DNA from: Promethearchaeota archaeon
Lineage (GTDB): Archaea > Asgardarchaeota > Lokiarchaeia > Sigyniarchaeales > SOKP01
DNA length: 64,000 nucleotides
NCBI GenBank assembly: GCA_048938895.1
Contig: JBHLLU010000006.1
Coordinates: 1 to 64,000, forward strand
Direction of reading: 5' to 3'
How positions within the stretch are numbered: the stretch's first letter is position 1; every line of letters begins with the position of its first letter. The notes under the pieces are model-generated. The model saw only the letters and a program-made list of their open reading frames with translations. It was not told where the DNA came from and made no database searches. A program made the translations under genes and the position numbers. Below are positions 40,045 to 50,157 of this stretch, piece by piece.

Positions 40045-42405
40045 TTAAATAAAATCATGTTCAGTTCTACTAATTATTTCATCCTGTAAATCAGATCCTA
40101 AGTTGTTGAAATAGTCACTATAACCCGCAACTCTCACTATAAGGTTTCTATACTCTAACGGATTTTTTTGAGCATTTCTTAATGTGTTAACAGACACCAC
40201 ATTGAATTGTATATGATGTCCATCCATTTTAAAATAAGATCTTATTAAATCAGCTAGTTTGCTAATTCCCGATTCACCTGCAAAAAATTGAGGAGTAAAT
40301 TTTTGATTAAGTAGAGTCCCTCCAGTTCGTAGATGATCGATTTTACTAGCAGATTTAATAACAGAAGTCGGACCATTAATGTCCATTCCCTGAACGGGCG
40401 AGATACCTTCTGATAATGGCATAAATGCCTTCCTTCCATCGGGCATAGCGCCAGTAACTTTTCCGAAGTACACGTGAACAGTTGTAGGAAGTAGGTTGAT
40501 ACGATGCACACCACCTCTAAGATTTGGGCGATTATCCACAGCATTAAAAGCAATTTCAAATACTTTTTGCGTCAAAGAGTCAGCATAATCATTATCATTT
40601 CCATATTTGGGAGTTTTATTAATGAATTTCTGTCTTAAAATTTCATAGTCTTGAAAATTATTATCTAGAATAACAAGTAGCTCTTTCATCGATACAATTT
40701 TCTCATCAAATATATTATATTTTAAAGATGCTAGACAATCAGTAATACTTCCCATCCCTACTATTTGGATATAAGAAGTATTATATCTTGCCCCCCCATC
40801 ATTATAATCCTTTCCTTTTTGAATACAATCTTCTATCAGGAGTGATAAAAATGGTGCTGGATTTTGAGCCCAAATTCGCTCTATTATTTTGTTGCCATTG
40901 ATTTTAATATCAATAAAATACTCAACTTGTTTCTTGTAAGCTTCAAACAACTCATCAAAACTCTCAAAATTAGCAGGATCTCCTGTTTTTAAACCAATTA
41001 ATTTCTTAGTCAACGGATCGAATCCATTATTAAGTGTAACTTCCAGAATCTTTACTAAATTAAAATATCCAGTAAGTATGTAAGCTTCTTTACCAAAAGC
41101 ACCTGATTCGACACATCCACTTGCTCCACTATTATATGCATCGATTAGTGATTTATTTTGCCGAAGTAATTCTTGGACAATTGCATCAGTATTAAACACT
41201 GAAGGTTGCCCAAATCCTGTCTTAATGATATCAATAGCGCGCTTTAGAAACTTATCAGGCGTTTTTGTGCTGATCTGTACATTACTACTCGGTTGTAATA
41301 TCCGCATTTCTTCGATTACATCAAGAAGAAAATAGGAAAGTTCATTCACACCATCGGAACCATCTTGTTTTAAACCACCGATGTTAATGTTGCAAAAATC
41401 AGTATATGTGCTACTTTCTTCTGCTGTAACACCTACCTTTGGAGGAGCAGGTTGGTTATTGAATTTTATCCAAAATGCTTGCAAAAGTTCTTTTGCTTGT
41501 TCTTTTGTTAGAATTCCTTTAGCTAAATCATTTTGATAAAAAGGAAAAAGATGTTGGTCTAGACGCCCAGGGTTAAAAGCATCCCATGTATTAAACTCAG
41601 TAATAACGCCCAAATGAATGAACCAATAGTGCTGTAAAGCATCCCAAAATGTCTCCGGTGCTCTTTCAGGAACGTTAGAACAAATTTCTGCAATTTTTTC
41701 TAGTTCTTGTTTTCGTTTAGGTTCAGATTCAATTTCTGCTAATTTAGATGCTTCGTAGGAATATCGTTTAGCAAATGAAATTATTGCATCTGCGGCTATT
41801 TCCATACCCTTAAGTTGCTCTAATCTTTTAGAAGCTTCAGATTTATCATAATTATCTAAATTTTCGATACTTTCTTTTATTTCTTGCTTAAAATCTGAGA
41901 ATCCTTTTCTCCATATATTCCCACCACCTGCGGTATGCCCTGGTGCTCTCTGCTCCATGAATTCAGTAAAAATACCTGCTTCATAAGCGTCCAACCACCT
42001 TTGCTCCATTTGAGAAAAAATTCTATCTCGAATAGATTTACCCTTCCAAAATGGTATAATGATGTCTTTTGATTTCCTTTTTGTCTCATCTGATACCTTA
42101 AATGATATTTTATCTCGGGTATCCAATATTTTTAAATCATGTAGAGTATGACAACATACCTCAGGATAAGTGGGAGTTGCTTTTGGTTTGGGGCCTCGTT
42201 CCCCCACAATTAATTCCCCCTCATTTATACAGATTTTTTTATTTTCTAGGATATGTTTGAAAGCTTGCGCTCGAGCAACTGGAGGAGATATATTTTGATT
42301 AGCAATAGATTTATAAAATTCTGTTATTAATTCTGCACGTTCTAAAGAAAGATAAGGAATAGCTTCACTACTTTGTTTCCTAAGTTGTTTTATTCGTTGA
42401 TTCAT
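40045..42405 (-). CDS. hypD: glycyl radical enzyme, trans-4-hydroxy-L-proline dehydratase-like
   Basis: EQRAPGH, WDAFNPGR, PPKVGVT.EESSTYTDF, SGCVE, YILTGY, LLPTTVH, RVAGYS. Confidence 0.85.
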   Translation of the reverse strand: MNQRIKQLRKQSSEAIPYLSLERAELITEFYKSIANQNISPPVARAQAFKHILENKKICINEGELIVGERGPKPKATPTYPEVCCHTLHDLKILDTRDKISFKVSDETKRKSKDIIIPFWKGKSIRDRIFSQMEQRWLDAYEAGIFTEFMEQRAPGHTAGGGNIWRKGFSDFKQEIKESIENLDNYDKSEASKRLEQLKGMEIAADAIISFAKRYSYEASKLAEIESEPKRKQELEKIAEICSNVPERAPETFWDALQHYWFIHLGVITEFNTWDAFNPGRLDQHLFPFYQNDLAKGILTKEQAKELLQAFWIKFNNQPAPPKVGVTAEESSTYTDFCNINIGGLKQDGSDGVNELSYFLLDVIEEMRILQPSSNVQISTKTPDKFLKRAIDIIKTGFGQPSVFNTDAIVQELLRQNKSLIDAYNSGASGCVESGAFGKEAYILTGYFNLVKILEVTLNNGFDPLTKKLIGLKTGDPANFESFDELFEAYKKQVEYFIDIKINGNKIIERIWAQNPAPFLSLLIEDCIQKGKDYNDGGARYNTSYIQIVGMGSITDCLASLKYNIFDEKIVSMKELLVILDNNFQDYEILRQKFINKTPKYGNDNDYADSLTQKVFEIAFNAVDNRPNLRGGVHRINLLPTTVHVYFGKVTGAMPDGRKAFMPLSEGISPVQGMDINGPTSVIKSASKIDHLRTGGTLLNQKFTPQFFAGESGISKLADLIRSYFKMDGHHIQFNVVSVNTLRNAQKNPLEYRNLIVRVAGYSDYFNNLGSDLQDEIISRTEHDFI

Positions 42406-42490
42406 CGATGTAAGTAAAAATCAGTTTTAGCTAGATAAGAAATAATATAATTTCGAATAAATTTGTTATTGTAATGTATGATAAGAGTTC

Positions 42491-44320
42491 TTATTCTAAT
42501 GAATCTTTTATAGTTGATTCTTTGAAAGGAGTCCAATCAATTTGCTGATGTTCAAAATACTGTTTATATAATTGAGCATATTTCCCGCCTTTCGCAAGTA
42601 AGGATTTATGGTCACCTTCTTCAATAATTTCACCGTGATCCATTACGATTATTCGATCAGCATTAACCACTGTTGAAAGCCTATGTGCAATAATAATTGA
42701 GGTTCGGTTAGTTAATAAAACATCAAGAGCTTCTTGAATAACTGCTTCAGTATAGGCGTCAACACTCGATGTTGCTTCATCAAGGATTAAAATTCTAGGA
42801 TCTGTTAGGAGTGCCCGAGCAAAACTAATTAATTGTCTTTGACCTGCTGAAACTCCTTTTCCCCTTTCACCTACCTGAGTCTGTAATCCCTCCGGTAAAT
42901 ATTCAATGAGTTCATCAGCATGAACAGCATTTACTGCTTTTCGCAAGTCTTCTTCAGATGCATCTTGTCTTCCGTATCGAATGTTCTCTTCTATAGTTCC
43001 TGAAAAAAGAAATACATCTTGTGGAACCATACCTATATTCTTTCTATAGGAGTCTAATGTCAAGTTTCTGATATCAATTCCATCAATTTTAATCGATCCT
43101 CCTTGAAATTCATAATATCTGGCAAGAAGTGAAGCTAATGATGTTTTTCCTGAACCTGTATGACCGACAATTGCAAGCTTCTCTCCCTTTATTATTTTGA
43201 GATTTAATCCTTTAAACACCCACTCGTCGCTATTATATCTGAAATCGACATTTTCAAATTCAATATATCCTTCAACATTTTTCACATCAATAGCATTAGG
43301 ATTCTGTATAACATTGGGTTTAGAATCAAGAATTTCAAGGATGCGTTCATATGCTGCCATACCTGTACTGAATTGAGGAAAAAAAGTTGCGAGTACCATT
43401 ATAGGACGGAAAAATGTTGGAAGATAAAGATAGAATATAAATAACCTTCCAGGACTTAGCAAGCTTCTAAAGACAAGTTGACCTCCTATATACATTATAG
43501 TTATAAATGTAAGAGTGGAGATAAATCCAAGAAGTCTTCTCCAGAGATGAGTTACAGCAGTCAATCTAAATCCAGATTTAAAATACTTTTTATTTGTTTC
43601 ATCAAATTGTCCAGAAATCATTGATTCTTGCCCATAACTTTTACAAACATGTATACCTTCAACTAATTCAACCATTGATATATTGACGCTATCTAAAGCC
43701 TTCCTATAACTTCTACTTACTCTTCTAGCGAGCTTTCTAAGAGAGAACATCAATAATAAAATGAGAGGAACTGTTGCAAGGGCAATAAAAGCCAAAAAAG
43801 TATTTAACCAGATTAGGATACCAAGAGTCAATCCACTTAGAAAAAGATTTCCAATTGTCTCCACTATTAAAAATGTTATATCGCCAAAATCAACAACATC
43901 GTTAGTAACTCTTGTATTTAATCCACCTGTTTGATGAGTATCAAAAAAACTCATATCTTGTTCTTGTAACTTATCAAAAATGTCCATTCGGAGTCGTTCT
44001 GCGAAAAAAGGAACAAATCTAGATATCTCTTTATATTGCAAGTAGAACATTAACCATATTACTCCGTATAATATTATATAAAGGATTGAAGCCCCTACTA
44101 TTAGAAGATAATTTGGCTCTATCCTGATAAATTCATCTACAATATATGAAAGTAAGAGGGGATTAAGAATATCCGCTCCTGCTGAAATCACAATGAATAT
44201 TGCTATTCGAATCACACTTCTTTTAAAAGGGGTAATTCTTTTGATATATCGAACAAATAATTCCCTATCAGAATAATTTCGTTTTTGATCTTCAGTCATT
44301 AATCCTGCGTAGAGTCCCAT
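42491..44320 (-). CDS. ABC exporter, fused TMD-NBD subunit
   Basis: GHTGSGKT, VSAGQRQ, ILDEAT, IAHRL. Confidence 0.93.
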   Translation of the reverse strand: MGLYAGLMTEDQKRNYSDRELFVRYIKRITPFKRSVIRIAIFIVISAGADILNPLLLSYIVDEFIRIEPNYLLIVGASILYIILYGVIWLMFYLQYKEISRFVPFFAERLRMDIFDKLQEQDMSFFDTHQTGGLNTRVTNDVVDFGDITFLIVETIGNLFLSGLTLGILIWLNTFLAFIALATVPLILLLMFSLRKLARRVSRSYRKALDSVNISMVELVEGIHVCKSYGQESMISGQFDETNKKYFKSGFRLTAVTHLWRRLLGFISTLTFITIMYIGGQLVFRSLLSPGRLFIFYLYLPTFFRPIMVLATFFPQFSTGMAAYERILEILDSKPNVIQNPNAIDVKNVEGYIEFENVDFRYNSDEWVFKGLNLKIIKGEKLAIVGHTGSGKTSLASLLARYYEFQGGSIKIDGIDIRNLTLDSYRKNIGMVPQDVFLFSGTIEENIRYGRQDASEEDLRKAVNAVHADELIEYLPEGLQTQVGERGKGVSAGQRQLISFARALLTDPRILILDEATSSVDAYTEAVIQEALDVLLTNRTSIIIAHRLSTVVNADRIIVMDHGEIIEEGDHKSLLAKGGKYAQLYKQYFEHQQIDWTPFKESTIKDSLE

Positions 44321-44326
44321 TCTTAC

Positions 44327-46111
44327 TCATTTCCCTCCTTTTTTAACTATTATATTTGAATGAGTGATTTTTTTTCCAAATATTCGTCTATAGTCCTCTG
44401 AGCTTTGTAATAAATCATTATGCTTCCCTTCTGCTACAATTTTTCCGTGCTTAAGTACAATTATCTTATCTGAATTTCTTATTGTATGTAAACGATGGGT
44501 AATTATTATTGTAGTCCTATTTCTTAAGATATTTTCCATAGCAAGGCCTATTTTCTCTTCAGTTTCACTATCAACAGCAGAAACAGAGTCATCAAAAATG
44601 AGAACCTTTGGGTCAGTCAAAAATGCACGAGCAATGGCTATACGTTGTTTTTCTCCTCCAGAGAGTCGTATTCCCCTTTCACCAACGATAGATTCATATC
44701 CATTAGGGCGCTGTTTAACAAAATCATCAACTTGAGCTAATTCCGCAGCTCTAAATATCTCTTCATCAGTGGCATCAGGTTTACCGAATTTGATGTTTTC
44801 TTTTATAGATCTTGGATAAAGATAAATTTCTTGTTCAATATAACCAATATGTCTTCTTAAAGCTTCAAAAGAATAATTACTTATATCTACTCCATCTAAA
44901 TGAATAGATCCTCCTTGTGGTTTGTAAAGAGATAAAATCAATTTTGCTAAAGTTGATTTTCCACATCCAGTTGGACCAACAAGGGCAACTCTTTCAAATG
45001 GTTCAATACTAAAAGTTATATTGCTTAGTGTCGGTGGATGATTTTTAATTTCATTTTCGTGAGTAAACGAAACATTCTTGAATTCAATTTTCCCTTTGAA
45101 TTGCGCTGGCCATCCTAGAGTCATATCTTTGTCAGTTTCACTTTCTCCTTTGGAAAGCGAAGTGTATAATCGCGAAGCAGCAGCGAATCCATTCATCATA
45201 TCATTAGTAGACCAATGAATCATTCTTGTAGGTTCAATAAGTGCTATAAAGAGGATGTTGATAGCAACTAGATCACCCACTGTTAATGTATTTTGATAGA
45301 CTAAAAAACAACATATTAAAAGCGTGCATCCTATCAATAGATAAAGGATTAATAGTGCATAATATCTAGCTTGGACTATATTTATCCCAATCATATTATT
45401 CTTGTAATCAATTACAGACTTTCGAAACTTTTTTCTTTCTAACCTTTCAGCATTAAAAGCTCTGACTACATTTGCACCAGTTATTGAGTCTTGTAGCACT
45501 ATTGCTAAATTAGAATATTTTTTCATACGATTGGTAACAAAAGGAGAAAGCCTTTTTCGATAATACAAAATAAAATAAAAATATAAAACTATGAAAGGTA
45601 AACTAAATAAAGCTAAACGATAATCTAAAACCTCGATTAAGAGGTATAAAGTTATGAATATCTGGATGAAGGGATAAAAGAAAAAACTTCCATGGGCGAT
45701 CATTGTATTAATGACCCTGACATCATTCGTAGCAAACGCAAGCAAATCCCCAGTTCGAACATTGTCATGAAAACTTAGAGTTTTTAATTGGATTGTATCA
45801 AAAAATTCTTGTCTCATATTTTTTTCAATTTTCAAGCCAAGATAATGCCCGGCCATCATAACCAAATAGTCAGATACATTATAACCAAAAGATACTGAAA
45901 GTCCGATAACAAGTAATATCAGTAAATTAGCCAAATCTCGAGTTATTAAGACATTGTCAATGATCCTACCAATTATTATTGGCATTATAGTGACACCTAA
46001 GCTTACCACAAAAATTCCTATAATAACTAACATTACCAGGTATTTTTGTCTAAAGAGGTGTTTTAGGAGCCACTTTCTATATCCCTTATCTCTTTCCTTA
46101 CTATTATTCAT
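44327..46111 (-). CDS. ABC exporter, fused TMD-NBD subunit (degenerate-site partner)
   Basis: GPTGCGKS, LSGGEKQR, IFDD Walker B variant. Confidence 0.93.
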   Translation of the reverse strand: MNNSKERDKGYRKWLLKHLFRQKYLVMLVIIGIFVVSLGVTIMPIIIGRIIDNVLITRDLANLLILLVIGLSVSFGYNVSDYLVMMAGHYLGLKIEKNMRQEFFDTIQLKTLSFHDNVRTGDLLAFATNDVRVINTMIAHGSFFFYPFIQIFITLYLLIEVLDYRLALFSLPFIVLYFYFILYYRKRLSPFVTNRMKKYSNLAIVLQDSITGANVVRAFNAERLERKKFRKSVIDYKNNMIGINIVQARYYALLILYLLIGCTLLICCFLVYQNTLTVGDLVAINILFIALIEPTRMIHWSTNDMMNGFAAASRLYTSLSKGESETDKDMTLGWPAQFKGKIEFKNVSFTHENEIKNHPPTLSNITFSIEPFERVALVGPTGCGKSTLAKLILSLYKPQGGSIHLDGVDISNYSFEALRRHIGYIEQEIYLYPRSIKENIKFGKPDATDEEIFRAAELAQVDDFVKQRPNGYESIVGERGIRLSGGEKQRIAIARAFLTDPKVLIFDDSVSAVDSETEEKIGLAMENILRNRTTIIITHRLHTIRNSDKIIVLKHGKIVAEGKHNDLLQSSEDYRRIFGKKITHSNIIVKKGGK

Positions 46112-46246
46112 AAGTATTATATTAAATTACACATAACTAAGAGATTAATATCTTTTTTAAATAAGGTATTAATTTAATCATATAATTATTCAAAGTTTTA
46201 GTATATTATCAAAACTTTAAGGAAATAAAAAATTAAACAAGAAAAC

Positions 46247-47113
46247 ATGTTGAATAAAGAATGGTTTATAAATAGGATAAATTCCTTTTTGAGGGAAGAT
46301 GAGAGCAATAGAATGACGGGCGTTGATGGAATACTTTTTTGGGATCCCGAAGTCATAGTTGGTTTTTGTTCGGGGGATGATTCTATATTTGAATATTATA
46401 AAAAAGTGGTTGGACCTTTCCATTTAACACCAGCAGAAGCTTATTCTAAGCATTTCTCAGTAGAGATAAACTCCCCGGAGAATCTTTCAGTTATAGCTTA
46501 TATACTTCCCACAAATAAGATCACTAAAAAAGAAAATTATGAATATAATACTGAATGGCCAGGAGAAAGATGGAGTCATACTAGGCTTTATGGAGAACAA
46601 GCAAACCAAAAACTCCAAAAATATTTACTAAATGAAATTAAAGATGAATTTGGCATAGACGGAGTAGCGCCAATGACCGAACAAAAGTTATTTAAAATTC
46701 ATAGACAACATCCAGAAGCATATCAAGGAGTATGGGCATCAACATGGTCCCATCGACATATGTGTTTTGCTTCTGGTTTAGGTTCTTTTGGGCTATCCGA
46801 TGGATTTATAAATCCAAGAGGAAAAGCAATGCGTTGTGGGAGTATTGTTATCAATTATAAATTGCCTTCAGATGCCAATAGTCGCCCCTCTGATCCCTAT
46901 GAGTATTGTCTGCGTGATTCATGTGGTGATTGTATAAAAAGATGTCCCGTTGGAGCTATAACTTTAGAGAATGGTCATGATAAACAGAAATGTTTTTTGA
47001 AGGTTTCAAGCACAACAAAATATATCCAAGAGCATTATCATATCCCAATCTATTCCTGTGGACTTTGTCAAGTTGGTGTGGCGTGTTCAGATGGTATACC
47101 ACTGAAAAAGTGA
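46247..47113 (+). CDS. QueG/RdhA-related Fe-S reductase-like protein
   Basis: STWSHRH..ASGLGSFGLSDGFI..G..R.GS; C..CGDCIKRCPVGAI; CGLCQVGVAC. Confidence 0.75.
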   Translation: MLNKEWFINRINSFLREDESNRMTGVDGILFWDPEVIVGFCSGDDSIFEYYKKVVGPFHLTPAEAYSKHFSVEINSPENLSVIAYILPTNKITKKENYEYNTEWPGERWSHTRLYGEQANQKLQKYLLNEIKDEFGIDGVAPMTEQKLFKIHRQHPEAYQGVWASTWSHRHMCFASGLGSFGLSDGFINPRGKAMRCGSIVINYKLPSDANSRPSDPYEYCLRDSCGDCIKRCPVGAITLENGHDKQKCFLKVSSTTKYIQEHYHIPIYSCGLCQVGVACSDGIPLKK

Positions 47114-47203
47114 GATATATTCAAATAGAAAGGCTTATGTTTTGGTGAATATTCTTTGATATAAATATATTTTAAGTAAAGCTTAAAAAATGAGGTTGGA
47201 AAG

Positions 47204-48286
47204 ATTCCTGTAATTAAACCATCAGATGGTCCAGTTGCTGTTACTGGCGCATCAGGATATGTAGGCTCCCATGTAGTGGTCGCTTTGGTGAAGCATGGTT
47301 ACACAGTGCACGCATGTATCACAGATATGAATAATCCAGATAAGACAGAACATCTATTAGCACTCAATCAAACGAAATATTCTGGTCATGTGGAACTTTT
47401 CACTGGTAATTTACTTAAGCAAGGTAGTTATGATGTGCCCTTTCAATCCTGTACTGCAGTACTCCATGCTGGGACACCCATGGCTTATGGGGGGGTCAAT
47501 AGTCCTAGACAAGTATATGATGGAGCAATAATTGGAACTAAAAATGTACTCAAATCAGTTAAGAAAGTAGAGACTGTAAAAAGGTTTGTTTATACAAGCT
47601 CCTTTTCAGCAATTCATCATCCAATGAAATCCGGGTATGTGTTTTCAGAAAAAGATTGGGCTTCCAATAATCGTGAGAACGATCCAAACTGGAGTGTAGA
47701 TAAAATAGATCAAGACGGTGATATGGCCTATTCCATGGCTAAAGTCGAATGTGAACACATTGCATACCAATTTGCTCAAGAGGATGGACGGTTTGATGCT
47801 ATTTCTGTATGTCCTATTTCTGTGTTAGGACCGCTTCTTTCACGGGTACATGGTCGAATTGGTTCTTGGCAATGGTGGATCGGTCGTATGTTAGCAGGGA
47901 ATGAATGCCAACGACAGTGGAAGGCATTATGGAATGTTATTGATGTTCGGGATGTAGGGGAAACACAAGCACTAATACTTGAAAGGAATATCTGTAAAAA
48001 TGGAAGTCGCTATCAATTAAGTGCAACAGATGAATCTGGAGAAATTGATGTGATACAACTGCAAGCTCACCTTCAGAAGTTATTTCCCCACATTACTGTG
48101 GGTGGTCCACCACAGGAGATACACCAGATTATCGAAAAATATGGTGCAGTTTACCAAGCTCCCCTTGCTCACTGCAATCTAGCTCGTGAGGAACTTGGAC
48201 TCAAGACCCATACTATTCAAGACACTTTATATGAAACGGGGAAAACTCTGATTGATTTTGGTCTGATTGAGCCAGCATTAAAGTAA
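47204..48286 (+). CDS. extended SDR (aldehyde/cinnamoyl-CoA reductase-like NAD(P)-dependent reductase); ATT start inferred
   Basis: The Rossmann motif VAVTGASGYVG is in frame upstream of the tracked GTG 47276; YTSS, YSMAK, DVRDV. Confidence 0.82.
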   Translation: MPVIKPSDGPVAVTGASGYVGSHVVVALVKHGYTVHACITDMNNPDKTEHLLALNQTKYSGHVELFTGNLLKQGSYDVPFQSCTAVLHAGTPMAYGGVNSPRQVYDGAIIGTKNVLKSVKKVETVKRFVYTSSFSAIHHPMKSGYVFSEKDWASNNRENDPNWSVDKIDQDGDMAYSMAKVECEHIAYQFAQEDGRFDAISVCPISVLGPLLSRVHGRIGSWQWWIGRMLAGNECQRQWKALWNVIDVRDVGETQALILERNICKNGSRYQLSATDESGEIDVIQLQAHLQKLFPHITVGGPPQEIHQIIEKYGAVYQAPLAHCNLAREELGLKTHTIQDTLYETGKTLIDFGLIEPALK

Positions 48287-48413
48287 TATTAACAATCAAG
48301 GCTTTTTTTTGATGTTTAAATTACAAACTATTACAATTTTCTATAAGTTATTAAAGATTTGAAAACTAATTCTACACACTACTTAGTGTGAAAAACTCAT
48401 TTTTGGTGGAAGT

Positions 48414-50027
48414 TTGTTGAAATTGCAAAATGAATTAGGTATACACATACCTGCAAATAAGCCTCTCATCGTGCGCACGATTAAGCAAGTTACAAAAAAA
48501 CAACGTGAATATGCACTTAAATCTACCGAATATAATGTTTTTTCTTTTCCCGCAGATTTATTATTTGTTGATTTTTTATCAGATTCAGGCTCAGGTACTA
48601 TGACAGATTTACAATGGGCTTCTCTTTTTCATGGAGATGAATCATATGCCCGCAATAAAGGTTATTATGTACTTCTTGAGGCAATTAGAGATACTTTTGA
48701 ACGTGGGGACAATCCTAAAAGAGCAATAAATCTGATACTTTCTGGAGAAACTAATGTAAAGAAATTAATGGATGAGCTTTATCTTACATCATTTAAAGGA
48801 GGTTTTGTTAATGGTGGTGTACATCAACTAACTCGCCCAAATGCCTTTATAGTTCCTCAGGGACGGTGTGCAGAACACTTACTTTTTTCTACTATTGCTC
48901 CAATTCTAAGGACACATTTCAATTCTAAAGAGTTTTTTATCCCAAATAATGGCCATTTTGATACAACAGAGGCTAATATTATGGCCAATGGGTTAAATCC
49001 TATAAATTTATTTTCAACAAACTTACTAGATGAATTTCCATGGGATCAGATGGATAATAGAAACCCCTTTAAAGGAAACATGGATATTAAAAGGCTAGAG
49101 GAATTAATTCAGGAAAAAGGGGTGGATGCCATTCCATTGATATATATAACTATTACCAACAATACAGCCGCAGGTCAGCCAGTTGAAATGAAAAACATCA
49201 AGGAAGTTAGTAAAATCGCTAAAAAATATGATATTCCACTCTTCTTTGACGCATGTAGGTTTGCCGAAAATGCCAATTTTATAAAAGAATTTGAAGAAGG
49301 ATATCAAAACATTTCAATTCCTAATATTGTTAAAGAAATGTTTTCCTATGTAGACGGTTTTACAATAAGTTTCAAAAAAGATGGTTTAGCAAATATTGGT
49401 GGAGGATTTTTTTTTAAAGATGAAGGTACCTTCCACAGGAAGTTTTCTATAGAAGAAGATATTGGGATCAAACTAAAAGAAAAACAGATTCTGACTTTTG
49501 GAAACGACAGCTACGGGGGACTAAGTGGCAGGGATATTATGGCACTTACCACAGGTTTATATGAGGTTGTTCAAGAAACTTATTTGAATGAAAGAAAATT
49601 TCAAGTTAGAAATTTTGCCAGAAAACTAGCGCAAAACAGTATACCAGTTATCCTCCCTGCTGGAGGCCATGCGGTTTATATCAACATGGATAAATTCTTT
49701 GAAGGACTGGAATCTAAACTAGATGATTTTAAAGGCGTTGGATTTACAATTGAATTAATCAGACATTATGGTATTAGAGCAGCTGAATTAGGACCTTTTG
49801 CTTTTGAATGGGATAAAAAAACTCCTGAGCAAAAGAAGGGAGTTCTAAATTTGGTAAGATTTGCTCTACCTAGAAATGTTTATGGACAATCTCATATTGA
49901 TTATGCTGTTGCAGCTATAACTGAATTGTATAAAAATAGAGAAAAAATTCCTAAAGTAAAGATTTCTCGAGGAGCAAAGCTGCGATTAAGACATTTTCAA
50001 ACAGGATTACAACCGATCTATGAGTAA
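48414..50027 (+). CDS. tnaA: tryptophanase-like PLP beta-eliminating lyase
   Basis: DFLSDSG, GDESYA, QGR.AE, FDTT, TNNTAAGQPV, DACRFAEN, SFKKDG, GGHAVY; ends LRHF (TnaA-type His, where TPL has LRFF). Confidence 0.8.
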   Translation: MLKLQNELGIHIPANKPLIVRTIKQVTKKQREYALKSTEYNVFSFPADLLFVDFLSDSGSGTMTDLQWASLFHGDESYARNKGYYVLLEAIRDTFERGDNPKRAINLILSGETNVKKLMDELYLTSFKGGFVNGGVHQLTRPNAFIVPQGRCAEHLLFSTIAPILRTHFNSKEFFIPNNGHFDTTEANIMANGLNPINLFSTNLLDEFPWDQMDNRNPFKGNMDIKRLEELIQEKGVDAIPLIYITITNNTAAGQPVEMKNIKEVSKIAKKYDIPLFFDACRFAENANFIKEFEEGYQNISIPNIVKEMFSYVDGFTISFKKDGLANIGGGFFFKDEGTFHRKFSIEEDIGIKLKEKQILTFGNDSYGGLSGRDIMALTTGLYEVVQETYLNERKFQVRNFARKLAQNSIPVILPAGGHAVYINMDKFFEGLESKLDDFKGVGFTIELIRHYGIRAAELGPFAFEWDKKTPEQKKGVLNLVRFALPRNVYGQSHIDYAVAAITELYKNREKIPKVKISRGAKLRLRHFQTGLQPIYE

Positions 50028-50157
50028 TGGAAGATAAAAACTTTATTCAATATCATAACCAAATTTATCAGTAATTTTTATTTATAAAATTTAATTTATA
50101 TCATTAAATTTATAAAATCAATAAAATAATGTAAATACTTAAACGGGAATTGTAAAA

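Noticed and set aside
48392-48433. TGG-TGG (KTHFWWK...) overlapping the tryptophanase start as a possible TnaC-like leader
   Set aside because: An in-frame TGA at 48389 precedes it with no start codon before the Trp codons; GGTGGA is better explained as the RBS.
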